DNA from: Fibrobacterales bacterium
GTDB taxonomy: Bacteria > Fibrobacterota > Fibrobacteria > Fibrobacterales > JAOPTW01
Reading direction: 5' to 3'
Assembly (NCBI GenBank): GCA_051532035.1
Contig: JAOPTW010000093.1
Span: 1-14,777 of the forward strand
Length of the DNA: 14,777 bases
In this document: positions 1 to 8,492 of the stretch, piece by piece
How the letters are laid out: each line of letters starts with the position of its first letter
Position numbering within the stretch: the stretch's first letter is position 1
The notes under the pieces: model-generated
Told to the model about the DNA's origin: nothing
What the model saw: only the letters and a program-made list of their open reading frames with translations
Database searches by the model: none
Translations under genes and position numbers: made by a program

Positions 1-269
1 ATGGTATTTATTACCTTCAATCTCGCTGGTATGAAAAACAATGGTCCTTTTAGTTATGTTAAAAATTTAGTACCTCATGGGGTACCTGCAGACATATTTG
101 CAAATAAACGAATTGCAAGAGCTACTGTTTTTGTTACTAACCCAATAAGTTCAATTGGAAATAAAATAACTATCACTGGAAGAGGTACCCCATGAGGTAC
201 TAAATTTTTAACATAACTAAAAGGACCATTGTTTTTCATACCAGCGAGGTTGAAGGTAATAAATACCAT
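1..269. repeat. Fold-back inverted duplication: 1-87 is the reverse complement of 183-269
   Basis: Base-by-base comparison gives 86/87 identity; the one mismatch is at position 21 (AAT vs AAC, synonymous Asn). Both arms end at a GGTACC palindrome (81-86 and 184-189). Confidence 0.95.
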
Positions 270-752
270 TGCTGCCATTGCTGCTGTAAAATTTATGTTC
301 GCTGTAGCTGTCGACATTCCTGGAATTAACCCGAGTAGGTTAAGTGCGAGAATAAAAAAGAAAAGTGTTAATATAAAAGGAAGCCATGCTTTTGCGTGTT
401 TCTTACCAATATTTGGTATAACAACATCGTCGCGAATAAACTTTACTATCACTTCTATAGAGTGTCCAAATCTTGACTGAGGAACACCATTTGCATCTCG
501 TTTTGTTGCAAGCCGCATAAGCACTAAAAGCACAATAAACGCTATACTCATCATAATTATATGTAAAGAAACTTGTATCTCGAATAACCCAAAAAATGAA
601 ATTTGATAAGGACTTAGGTCAGCCTGCAATCCCAGAAAACTCCAATGAGTTGAGTTTGCAACGTGATGTACTAAAAAGTCTCCGAGTGTTTCGGCCGAAT
701 AGACATTCCCCACACAAAATAAAATTGTAAGAAATAGGATGATTTTCTTCAT
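75..752 (-). CDS. atpB: F0F1 ATP synthase subunit a, C-terminally truncated by the inverted duplication
   Basis: Motifs NLLGLIP, TATANIN, PIELIG and the essential-Arg helix LAIRLFANMSAG. The usual following His and last TM helices are replaced by TP-stop from the inverted copy. Lies downstream of atpZ/atpI. Confidence 0.95.
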   Translation of the reverse strand: MKKIILFLTILFCVGNVYSAETLGDFLVHHVANSTHWSFLGLQADLSPYQISFFGLFEIQVSLHIIMMSIAFIVLLVLMRLATKRDANGVPQSRFGHSIEVIVKFIRDDVVIPNIGKKHAKAWLPFILTLFFFILALNLLGLIPGMSTATANINFTAAMAAMVFITFNLAGMKNNGPFSYVKNLVPHGVPLPVIVILFPIELIGLVTKTVALAIRLFANMSAGTP

Positions 753-1144
753 GTACTTCTACTTTTCCTGGTTTGCACAAAAAATTTAATTTCAACTATT
801 TGGTAAATCAAATAAGAAATTAAAAACGCTCCAATTAATTTAACAAAATGCACATTTTTTGTGCTGACTATATAATAAATAAAGACCCCATAAATAGTCA
901 AGCGGATTCCAATCGAAATAAAAAAAAGATTCACAAATTTCTCAAACTGCTTATTGAAAGCAAAAAAGAGCCAAAATATGAGAATTGCATTCATTCCAGT
1001 AACAAAAGTTACACCAAAGTAGGTTCCGTAGCTATAAGTATTAGGGTACAGTTGATACATTATAAATGATAATATTGCATTAAGTACAACAATAGTTCCT
1101 GTGTATTTTGCACAAAAAGAAAACACAGAATTATTCATCATCAT
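749..1144 (-). CDS. atpI: ATP synthase protein I-like 4-TM membrane protein
   Basis: About 130 aa with four hydrophobic segments, a GIRL motif and a C-terminal YQIVE. Overlaps the atpB start by 4 nt. Exact start among three tandem Met codons is uncertain. Confidence 0.65.
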   Translation of the reverse strand: MMMNNSVFSFCAKYTGTIVVLNAILSFIMYQLYPNTYSYGTYFGVTFVTGMNAILIFWLFFAFNKQFEKFVNLFFISIGIRLTIYGVFIYYIVSTKNVHFVKLIGAFLISYLIYQIVEIKFFVQTRKSRST

Positions 1145-1340
1145 TTAGTTTTTTTACCAACACGTACAATTTGATGCCAATAATAACAAAGGAGCCGAGA
1201 GCTCCAAGTACTGTAAAGAGAGGAAATTTAAAAAGTTCAAGTTTGTTATCGAGCATATGCCCAAGATATGTCAATCCACAAACTGCAACAGCTATGAACC
1301 AACCAAGATTCATAACCTCTCCAATATGCTTATTTGCCAT
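1131..1340 (-). CDS. atpZ: AtpZ/AtpI-family small 2-TM protein (ATPase gene 1)
   Basis: 69 aa, two TM helices, family pattern G-x2-LD...P-x-F-x3-G (LGHMLDNKLELFKFPLFTVLG). First position in the atp cluster. Confidence 0.75.
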   Translation of the reverse strand: MANKHIGEVMNLGWFIAVAVCGLTYLGHMLDNKLELFKFPLFTVLGALGSFVIIGIKLYVLVKKLNDDE

Positions 1341-1740
1341 TCACAAGACTATCTGAGGTCCGCTCTTCGGTGTTATCTTTTTTTAAATTTTTGGCTGCAG
1401 GCTTTTCACCTTTTGTATCCATTGAACAATTCCCTCTAAACAAGGCACCCTCTACAATAACCAGCTCTTTAGTTGTAATATTTCCAAAAAGCTTTGAGTT
1501 TGCCTCAAGAACAACTTTTTCTTTAGCAATGACATCACCTTCAACAATTCCTGCTATTATAGCAGTATCAACAGTAACATCAGCCTCGATTCGACCTGTT
1601 GGTTCAACCACAAGGTTACCAGAAATCTGGAGTTTACCCTTGATTTTACCTGCAACTCTAATATCATTCTTTACAATTAACTCACCAGTAATTTCTGTTT
1701 GTGAGCTTAGGATTGTTATATACTTTGAACTATTCGCCAT
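1330..1740 (-). CDS. Bactofilin (polymer-forming cytoskeletal protein, CcmA/BacM family)
   Basis: Beta-helix repeats TEITGEL / IRVAGKIKGKL / IIAGIVEGDV / KLFGNITTKELVIVEGALFRGNCSM, followed by a charged disordered tail. Confidence 0.92.
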   Translation of the reverse strand: MANSSKYITILSSQTEITGELIVKNDIRVAGKIKGKLQISGNLVVEPTGRIEADVTVDTAIIAGIVEGDVIAKEKVVLEANSKLFGNITTKELVIVEGALFRGNCSMDTKGEKPAAKNLKKDNTEERTSDSLVNGK

Positions 1741-1757
1741 AATTATTCTCTATCTTT

Positions 1758-2552
1758 TTAATTAATAAAGTAATCTTCGGGATTTACTTTTAAACCATCT
1801 TTAATAACTTCGTAATGTAAGTGGGGCCCTGTAGTATTACCAGTCATTCCAACCATTCCTACATTTTGGCCTCGCTTCACAAAGTCACCTTTATTCACCA
1901 CTATTCTATTTAAGTGAGCATACACTGTAGTAAATCCATCACCGTGTTTAATCTTTATAACTTTTCCAAAATCTTTTAATACTCCTGCAAATACTACTAC
2001 ACCTGGTGCTGTAGAGAAAACAGGGTCATTTAACAAAGCAGCAATATCTGTCCCTTGATGCTTTGCTTTATACTGCTGACTGATTATACCAATAACCGGT
2101 TTTACACTCGGTATATCATTTTCTTCAGCTGTTACATTATCCCCTTCTTTTGCAACTTTTGCAACAAACTTATCCAATTCACTCTGTGTAACTAAAATTG
2201 GTTGTTTTTCTTCATATACTTTTATCTCTTTCTCTAGCTGCCCATTAAGCATAACCTGAGTAATATTTTTAAGCTTTGACTCAACTAATAATATTTCGTC
2301 TAGATCATTTCGAATTGTTTTAAGGTGCTGATTCTCTTTCCATAACCGTTCATTTGCAGATTTCAGATTTTGGTTCATCACTAATTTTTCTACAATCAGA
2401 GACACATTAAACACCATTACACCCAAACCAATAAACATAAAAAAGCCAACCCAAAACGCAGCCTTTAGTGCCCAACGGGGAACCATATAGTCTTTAATCA
2501 TTCCAGGGCCATCAGGAATAATCTGCACAATCATTTTTTTACTTTTGCTCAT
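1758..2552 (-). CDS. Membrane-anchored M23 family peptidoglycan endopeptidase
   Basis: Short cytoplasmic N-terminus, one TM helix, coiled coil (NQNLKSANERLWKENQHLK), and a C-terminal M23 domain with intact HxxxD (HQGTD) and HxH (PHLHYEV). Confidence 0.93.
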   Translation of the reverse strand: MSKSKKMIVQIIPDGPGMIKDYMVPRWALKAAFWVGFFMFIGLGVMVFNVSLIVEKLVMNQNLKSANERLWKENQHLKTIRNDLDEILLVESKLKNITQVMLNGQLEKEIKVYEEKQPILVTQSELDKFVAKVAKEGDNVTAEENDIPSVKPVIGIISQQYKAKHQGTDIAALLNDPVFSTAPGVVVFAGVLKDFGKVIKIKHGDGFTTVYAHLNRIVVNKGDFVKRGQNVGMVGMTGNTTGPHLHYEVIKDGLKVNPEDYFIN

Positions 2553-3427
2553 ATTAATTCAGACCCATTTTTAATTATCTGAGTAATCCGTTCCAAATCT
2601 TCACTTCCTGTGAATGTAATAGAAATCTTGCCTTTTTTAGCATTGCCAGAAACATCTACACTAGTACCTAAAGCATATTCTAATTCTCGCTCAAAATTCA
2701 CAACATTAGGATCTTTAATTTTTTCTTTTTTCGGTAACTTACTTCCGCTATTTTTGGCAACACTTTCAGTTTCTCTGACATTCAAACCACCTTCAATTAT
2801 TTGCCTCGCCATAGCAATGGGGTCTTCAACATCTGAACCAAGTAGTGCACGCGCATGTCCCGCGGAGAGTTTTTCTTCTTTTATCCAAAGCTGAACTTCT
2901 TCAGGTAATTTTGTTAATCGCAATGTATTACTAACCGCAGAACGTGATTTACCAACTCTTTCAGCAACTTGCTCATGAGTATACGCATGCTCATTTATCA
3001 ATTGCTCAAAAGCATGGGCTTCTTCTATTGGAGATAATTGTACCCGCTGTATATTTTCAATAAGTGCCACTTCAGCCATCTGCTTATCAGTGTACTTATC
3101 TTTAATTTCAGCTTTTATGGAATACTTACCAAGCTTCTGATGAGCCCGAAACCGTCGTTCACCTAGAACAATTTGAAAACCATCTTCATGTTTCCGAACA
3201 ACTATAGGCGATAATAGTCCATGTTGGTCAATAGTTTTTGCTAATTCATCAATCTCTTCATCGTCAAAAACTTCACGTGGCTGAAATGGGTTTGGTGTGA
3301 TTTTATTCAAGGGAACTTCTTCAACCCTAGAAATACTCCCATCTTCACTCTCAATTACTTGGTGGTCATTAAAGAGTGCCTTTAAGCCTCTTCCTAATTT
3401 TTGTGGTGGAGCCTTCTTAGAACTCAT
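2549..3427 (-). CDS. parB: Chromosome partitioning CTPase ParB/Spo0J
   Basis: N-terminal LGRGLxAL ParA-stimulating peptide, PNPFQPR, GERRFRA arginine patch, ENIQR, HTH (THEQVAERVGKSRSAVSNTLRL), GHARALL. Confidence 0.97.
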   Translation of the reverse strand: MSSKKAPPQKLGRGLKALFNDHQVIESEDGSISRVEEVPLNKITPNPFQPREVFDDEEIDELAKTIDQHGLLSPIVVRKHEDGFQIVLGERRFRAHQKLGKYSIKAEIKDKYTDKQMAEVALIENIQRVQLSPIEEAHAFEQLINEHAYTHEQVAERVGKSRSAVSNTLRLTKLPEEVQLWIKEEKLSAGHARALLGSDVEDPIAMARQIIEGGLNVRETESVAKNSGSKLPKKEKIKDPNVVNFERELEYALGTSVDVSGNAKKGKISITFTGSEDLERITQIIKNGSELI

Positions 3428-4218
3428 GTAGCATCTCCATTCATTTGCAACAATTCTTCAGCTAAATCCATATACCTTTTAGATCCTGCACTCACAATAT
3501 CGTATAAAAGAATTGGCTTTCCAAACGAAGGAGCCTCACTCAATTTAACATTGCGCGGAATTACCGTCTCAAACACCTTTTCTGAAAAATCATTACGAAC
3601 TTCCTCTGCTACTTGCTTCGAGAGAGTTAAACGAGAATCATACATCGTTAGTAATGCTCCCTCAATTCTTAACTCACTATTTAAAGATTTTTGCACCAAT
3701 CTAATGGTGTTCGAAAGTTCAGCCAAACCCTGAAGCGCATAATATTCACATTGTATCGGTATAATGACACTCTGAGCACATGTCAAAACATTAATTGTCA
3801 ACCATCCCAACGATGGTGGTGAATCTACGATTATATAGTCAAAATAATCATTGAGCATTTTTAATACAGTGTCAAGTCTTCTTTCACGATTAAGAGCGTT
3901 AACTAACTCTGTTTCTAACCCTGCCAAATTTGGTGTTGAAGGAAGTACTTTAAGATACTCCATTTCAGTATCTTGAATACTTGCACCTAATAATTCTTCA
4001 GTCAGCTCCTCAGGATTTCCCGCAGCAGTTAGAAGTGTATAGACATCAACATCATGATAATCAAAAACACCTACACCTTGAGAAGCATTACCCTGTGGGT
4101 CCATATCAACAAGTAGAACTCTTTTTTCTAGCGCAGAAAGACCTGCAGCAAGGTTCACCGCGGAAGTTGTTTTCCCGACGCCACCCTTTTGATTACATAT
4201 TGCTATTACTTTTGCCAT
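3424..4218 (-). CDS. parA: Chromosome partitioning ATPase ParA/Soj
   Basis: Deviant Walker A NQKGGVGKTT, DMDPQGNAS, DSPPSLG, PIQCEYYA, IPRNVKLSEAPSFG. Confidence 0.97.
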   Translation of the reverse strand: MAKVIAICNQKGGVGKTTSAVNLAAGLSALEKRVLLVDMDPQGNASQGVGVFDYHDVDVYTLLTAAGNPEELTEELLGASIQDTEMEYLKVLPSTPNLAGLETELVNALNRERRLDTVLKMLNDYFDYIIVDSPPSLGWLTINVLTCAQSVIIPIQCEYYALQGLAELSNTIRLVQKSLNSELRIEGALLTMYDSRLTLSKQVAEEVRNDFSEKVFETVIPRNVKLSEAPSFGKPILLYDIVSAGSKRYMDLAEELLQMNGDAT

Positions 4219-4226
4219 ACTCTCAT

Positions 4227-4808
4227 TTATTTTGTAACAGAAACAATATAGTAGTTTTTTTCACCACTTGCCTGTGCATATTTAAAGTTTTCTACCATCA
4301 TTTCAAAAAACTCTTGTTCGTTACATTTTTCTGTCTTATACCCTATATATGAGCCGCCTTTTTTTAAAAAAGGAACAGCCCTTGATACATCGTCCTGTAT
4401 ATTACCTAATGCTCTTGAAGTTACAAAATCATACACATCGGCCGATTTCACATTTTCAACTCTATCATTTATAACATTAATATTTTTTAAAGACAACTCT
4501 CTTTTTAAATAATTTATAACAGCAACCCTTTTAGCCCTGGATTCAACTGCAACAAACTTTGCTTCAGGAAAAACTATTGCAAGTGGTATAACCGGAAAAC
4601 CATACCCCGATCCCATATCCAAAACAACACCTTTAAAATCTTTTCCCATTTTCACCAAAGCCTGAAGGCTATCTAATATATGACGTTCCCATATAATAAT
4701 CTCATCACCTTTAGATATGATATTCATCTTCTTATTCATATCTAAAACTTTCATTTCCAGCATCTTTAATAAATCTTTTTTTTCTTCAGTAAATTCAAAC
4801 ACATTCAC
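4227..4808 (-). CDS. rsmG: 16S rRNA m7G527 methyltransferase
   Basis: RHILDSL, SAM motif LDMGSGYGFP, VESRAKR, VTSRA. GTG start with an in-frame stop 4 codons upstream. Classic position upstream of parA. Confidence 0.92.
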   Translation of the reverse strand: MNVFEFTEEKKDLLKMLEMKVLDMNKKMNIISKGDEIIIWERHILDSLQALVKMGKDFKGVVLDMGSGYGFPVIPLAIVFPEAKFVAVESRAKRVAVINYLKRELSLKNINVINDRVENVKSADVYDFVTSRALGNIQDDVSRAVPFLKKGGSYIGYKTEKCNEQEFFEMMVENFKYAQASGEKNYYIVSVTK

Positions 4809-4813
4809 CCCAC

Positions 4814-4829
4814 TGTTTCACGTGAAACA
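4814..4829. promoter_or_regulatory. parS site 1
   Basis: Perfect TGTTTCACGTGAAACA palindrome, 5 bp from the rsmG start codon. Confidence 0.95.
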
Positions 4830-4870
4830 CTATAATACATTTTATTACAACCACTCCACACATCTAAATA

Positions 4871-4886
4871 TGTTTCACGTGAAACA
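4871..4886. promoter_or_regulatory. parS site 2
   Basis: Perfect TGTTTCACGTGAAACA; the palindrome extends to 22 bp (4868-4889). Confidence 0.95.
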
Positions 4887-5003
4887 TATCAACACATTTT
4901 TAACTATGTGAACTGCTGTCAACATCAAACATCAATTGTTGATTAATTAAACTACCAAAAACATACTCTTCCATAAATGCGCTTTTTAGAACACAAACAA
5001 CAA

Positions 5004-5019
5004 TGTTTCACGTGAAACA
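5004..5019. promoter_or_regulatory. parS site 3
   Basis: Perfect TGTTTCACGTGAAACA; the palindrome extends to 18 bp (5003-5020). Confidence 0.95.
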
Positions 5020-5125
5020 TAGAAGACACCATGTGATCATTATGTGAACAATGTTGATAACACTATATATTGATATTCACCAGCAACCAAACACAAGACG
5101 ACAATCTTGGGAAACAAAAACAAAC

Positions 5126-5947
5126 CTAGGATTCATATATAGCGGACGACACACTCTTAAACCTCCTGTGACTCCACCCATACCACTGAACAGGACACGA
5201 CTCAACAACCCCTTCAAAGTAATCCTGCACCTTTCCCAAATCAAACGATTGGATCTCCATAATATCGACGGTATAACTCCGTAAACCCTTCCGAGTAATT
5301 GAAGACAAGAAAACAGGAACCCCTGTTCTCTCAGACACCACAATCGGAGCCCTAGCATAAGAACATTTCCGATCGAAAAAAGTACCCGAAACCGAACCCC
5401 TCTTCACATCCTGATCAAACATATATCCAAAAATACCACCATTTTGGACAAGCTGAAAAACCGCCCAAGGATCACCTTGAAATTTTTTAACGTACATTTT
5501 TTTCCTAGAACGCAACCAAATTAAAAATCGATTTGAAAACCGCCCATTCAGCGGCTCGTGCGCACCAAACATATTTAAAACTCGACACGCAATGTACTCA
5601 GCCAAAAATTCATAGTTTGAAAAGTGACAACTCAACAAAACTCCACCACACTCCATCGCATCCATCTTCTCCAAGCAACCCTGAGCAGACTTCGACAACT
5701 CTATCTTACCAGGAAAATAACCCAAAACAAAAACCCAAAAATCTAAAGACAAATTATAATAGAAACTCACCCTCACGCGAAAAGACATAAAACCAAAACC
5801 ACAATAAATGAAGTTTGTCATTATAATTTTTTTCTTCCATTTCAGAACCACAAGCAATAACGTCGTTCCTAAAGCAAAACAAATTAGAAGAAAAGTAACA
5901 AGATGTTTTTTCACAATACTTTTTAACGTTGATATTTTAGAAACCAT
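5126..5947 (-). CDS. Lipid A late acyltransferase-like protein (LpxL/HtrB family), divergent
   Basis: N-terminal TM helix, catalytic H-x4-E (HFSNYE), DQD, TFF, and C-terminal PVQWYGWSHRRFK, matching the family P.QW.W.H.RFK pattern. Confidence 0.8.
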   Translation of the reverse strand: MVSKISTLKSIVKKHLVTFLLICFALGTTLLLVVLKWKKKIIMTNFIYCGFGFMSFRVRVSFYYNLSLDFWVFVLGYFPGKIELSKSAQGCLEKMDAMECGGVLLSCHFSNYEFLAEYIACRVLNMFGAHEPLNGRFSNRFLIWLRSRKKMYVKKFQGDPWAVFQLVQNGGIFGYMFDQDVKRGSVSGTFFDRKCSYARAPIVVSERTGVPVFLSSITRKGLRSYTVDIMEIQSFDLGKVQDYFEGVVESCPVQWYGWSHRRFKSVSSAIYES

Positions 5948-5990
5948 TGAATTTAAAAGAGTAACGAAAATAAAATTACAATTTTTATCC

Positions 5991-6019
5991 TTGAAAACAT
6001 TAAAGAGTTCAACTATATT
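5991..6019 (+). promoter_or_regulatory. Sigma70-type promoter for the rpmH operon
   Basis: TTGAAA (5991-5996), 17-bp spacer, TATATT (6014-6019); SD-like AAGGT ends 7 nt before the rpmH ATG. Confidence 0.6.
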
Positions 6020-6047
6020 TGCCTCTGATTAAAAAAAGGTATTTATC

Positions 6048-6203
6048 ATGAAAAGAACGTTTCAACCAAGCAATACTAAGAAAAGAAACAAACACGGTTT
6101 TCGTGCTCGTATGGAGACAAAACAAGGTCGTGCAGTTCTTTCTAGAAGAAGATCAAAAGGTCGCAAGCGCTTAACTGTAAGTTCAGAGATCCCTACTAAA
6201 TAG
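6048..6203 (+). CDS. rpmH: 50S ribosomal protein L34
   Basis: Hand translation: [51 protein letters not shown] (51 aa). Below the ORF-track length cutoff. Confidence 0.98.
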   Translation: MKRTFQPSNTKKRNKHGFRARMETKQGRAVLSRRRSKGRKRLTVSSEIPTK

Positions 6204-6218
6204 GATCCCCGCAATCTT

Positions 6219-6569
6219 TTGAGTTCGTTCTCTCTCAAAGAACATAGGCTTTATAATAAGTCGATGTTTGGAAAAATTTTCGAAACAGGAAACAAGGTTT
6301 TTACTAAAAGCCTTGTTTTACGTTTTTTAAAAAGCCCAGATGAGCAGTATCGCATGGCTTTTATTATAAGAAAGAAAGTAGGTAATGCAGTAGTTAGAAA
6401 TAGAATAAGAAGAATTATTCGCGAGACACTCTTTCTACATTCCTCCTCATTCAGTGAAAATTACTGGTTACTCTTTAATATCAATAATTCTGCAAAAGAC
6501 CTCACCAATGATGAAATCAGAAGTGTGGTTATTAAATCTTTGGAAAAGAGTAAGATTATTAATAAATGA
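6219..6569 (+). CDS. rnpA: Ribonuclease P protein component
   Basis: RNR motif KKVGNAVVRNRIRR; TTG start; directly follows rpmH. Confidence 0.93.
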   Translation: MSSFSLKEHRLYNKSMFGKIFETGNKVFTKSLVLRFLKSPDEQYRMAFIIRKKVGNAVVRNRIRRIIRETLFLHSSSFSENYWLLFNINNSAKDLTNDEIRSVVIKSLEKSKIINK

Positions 6570-6811
6570 AATTTATCGCTATATATATAGTCAAATTATA
6601 TCAATATACCCTCTCTCCCCTGTTAGGACCCCGTTGTCGATTTGAACCTTCGTGTTCTCATTATTCAATAGAAGCTTTTAAAACACATGGTTTTTTTAGG
6701 GGAATAAAACTAACTTTGTTCAGAATTATACGCTGTCATCCTTTTAATAAGGGTGGCTTTGATCCTGTTCCATCAAAAGCAAAAGAAAAGACACGTTATG
6801 AAAAAGAGTAA
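6566..6811 (+). CDS. yidD: Membrane protein insertion efficiency factor
   Basis: YQYTLSP, CRFEPSCSHY, RCHPFNKGGFDPVP. Confidence 0.95.
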   Translation: MKFIAIYIVKLYQYTLSPLLGPRCRFEPSCSHYSIEAFKTHGFFRGIKLTLFRIIRCHPFNKGGFDPVPSKAKEKTRYEKE

Positions 6812-8492
6812 TATATTAGGATTCGTACTCCTTGGTATCATGATTTTATGGATGAGCTACTTTCAAGAACCTCCTAAGAAACAAGAAAATAAAAAAGTAC
6901 CGCAACAAAATGAGGTTGCTCAACCTAATAACACTCCCACTGCAGAGAATTCTACCGTCCTTTCTGAAAATTCTCATGAAGAAAATAGTGTTACGAGTCA
7001 ACCTATCGCTAGTAGAGAACAAAAAACAGTTGTTGAAACTGAAAAGTTTATCGTTACCCTCTCTAATAAAGGAGCGGTAATAACCTCAATTATTCTTAAA
7101 GACCTTAAAAATAGAGAAGGAATTAATCCTGAGTTATTTGAAAAAGAGAATGCGACTGCACTTGGTTTCACACTAGAGGATATCAATTTTTCAAATGAAT
7201 ATTTTTCCCTCGATTCAACACTCCCATCAACTATAACGGTAGATTCTAAAACTACTCTTACCTTTAGCTGGAAAAATACTAAAGGCTATTCAGTTACACG
7301 AACCTACACTTTTAGTAAATCTGGAACCGATTTCGCTCATGATATTATAATTGATGGTTTTATTCCTAGAGGTTATACTCTTAACTGGGGTGCAGGTCTT
7401 CGTGAAACAGAACGAATTACCAATATTAAGGGAATAACAAAAGCAACAGATGATAGTTATGCTTTCAGTGAGCTTATATATAAAGAGGGTGATGATATTA
7501 CCCGCGAAGAGTTTACAGAAAATGAGACGATCAATGAAGAAAGTGGAACACTTAAATGGGTCGGTCTCAGAAGAAAATATGTAGCAGTAGTAATAAATTT
7601 TGATAGAACTGCAGATGCGCGAGTTGATGTTACCCCTATTTATAGCAAAGAAGATACCAAGCATGAAGAACGAGCTACATATGCAATGGATATTTCAGAG
7701 AACCTCACTCAAAATTCACTCTCATTTAGAGTCGAACTTCTTCCGTTAAAATACGCAAACCTGCAATCCTACGATCAAGGGTATGAAGAGATTATTGTTA
7801 TTGGATATAGTTGGTTTTTCTTTGCGAACGTCTGGTTTCCAGCTCTTTGCGGATTTATCCTTTGGCTCCTTAACTTCTTTTACAGCATAATCCCCAATTA
7901 CGGTATCTCGATTATATTACTCACTATCGTAGTTAAAACGGCAACGCTCCCTTTTGGTATAAAACAAACAAAATCAATGAGCAAAATGAAAGAGCACAAG
8001 CCTGCCATTGATGCAATCAGAGCTAAATACAAAAGTGATTCTAGAAAAGTTCAAGAAAAAACAATGGCATACTATCGCGAAAAAGGTATTAACCCATTAG
8101 CACAGATGGGCGGCTGCCTTCCTATGGTAATGCAAATGCCAATCTTCATTTCGCTCTTTGTAATATTAGGCAGAGCAGTTGAACTACGCTATGCACCATT
8201 TGCAGGGTGGATTCAAGATCTTTCACTTCCCGATGTCATTTATGCTGGAATTGAAATTCCGTTACTCTTACCTCATGGTATTGGTATTCTTCCCTTTATA
8301 ATGGCTGCCTCAAGTTACTTCCAAGCGAAACAGACTATGACTGACCCTAATCAGGCTGCTATGATTTATCTGATGCCCGCTATGATGTTTTTCTTTTCAA
8401 ATCAAATGCCATCAGGACTTGTAGTATATTGGATTGTCCAAAACTTATATAGTATTACACAGCACTGGGTAATAAGTAAAAAAGCTGCATGA
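6798..8492 (+). CDS. yidC: Membrane protein insertase YidC
   Basis: Likely start is ATG 6798 (MKKSNILGFVLLG). N-terminal TM, large periplasmic domain, NYGISIILLTIVVK, GCLPMVMQMPIF, WIQDLSLPD, PSGLVVYW. Confidence 0.96.
   Translation: MKKSNILGFVLLGIMILWMSYFQEPPKKQENKKVPQQNEVAQPNNTPTAENSTVLSENSHEENSVTSQPIASREQKTVVETEKFIVTLSNKGAVITSIILKDLKNREGINPELFEKENATALGFTLEDINFSNEYFSLDSTLPSTITVDSKTTLTFSWKNTKGYSVTRTYTFSKSGTDFAHDIIIDGFIPRGYTLNWGAGLRETERITNIKGITKATDDSYAFSELIYKEGDDITREEFTENETINEESGTLKWVGLRRKYVAVVINFDRTADARVDVTPIYSKEDTKHEERATYAMDISENLTQNSLSFRVELLPLKYANLQSYDQGYEEIIVIGYSWFFFANVWFPALCGFILWLLNFFYSIIPNYGISIILLTIVVKTATLPFGIKQTKSMSKMKEHKPAIDAIRAKYKSDSRKVQEKTMAYYREKGINPLAQMGGCLPMVMQMPIFISLFVILGRAVELRYAPFAGWIQDLSLPDVIYAGIEIPLLLPHGIGILPFIMAASSYFQAKQTMTDPNQAAMIYLMPAMMFFFSNQMPSGLVVYWIVQNLYSITQHWVISKKAA

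Larger units (their letters stand above)
4830..5075. other. Cluster of degenerate DnaA-box-like 9-mers (candidate oriC or DnaA-binding cluster)
   Basis: Minus strand: TTATCAACA (5052-5060) abutting TTGTTCACA (5043-5051), plus TAATCAACA (4937-4945) and CAGTTCACA (4907-4915). Plus strand: ATATCAACA (4886-4894) and CTGTCAACA (4916-4924). No perfect TTATCCACA. Non-coding and AT-rich. Confidence 0.4.

Noticed and set aside
1..195. 64-aa plus-strand ORF starting with AtpB-like sequence
   Set aside because: Product of the inverted duplication fused to atpB antisense.
4828..4860. DnaA-trio unwinding element
   Set aside because: Only short NAN runs, and not placed next to the best DnaA-box pair.
4717..4911. 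ORF containing FHVKH twice
   Set aside because: FHVKH is simply the translation of the parS palindrome; a known spurious ORF type.
4814..5019. Three identical palindromic repeats as a mini-CRISPR array
   Set aside because: Only 16 bp, exact parS consensus, irregular spacers (41 and 117 bp), no cas genes.
6753..6797. 15-aa N-terminal extension of YidC
   Set aside because: Lies inside yidD; ATG 6798 gives the typical basic-then-TM N-terminus.
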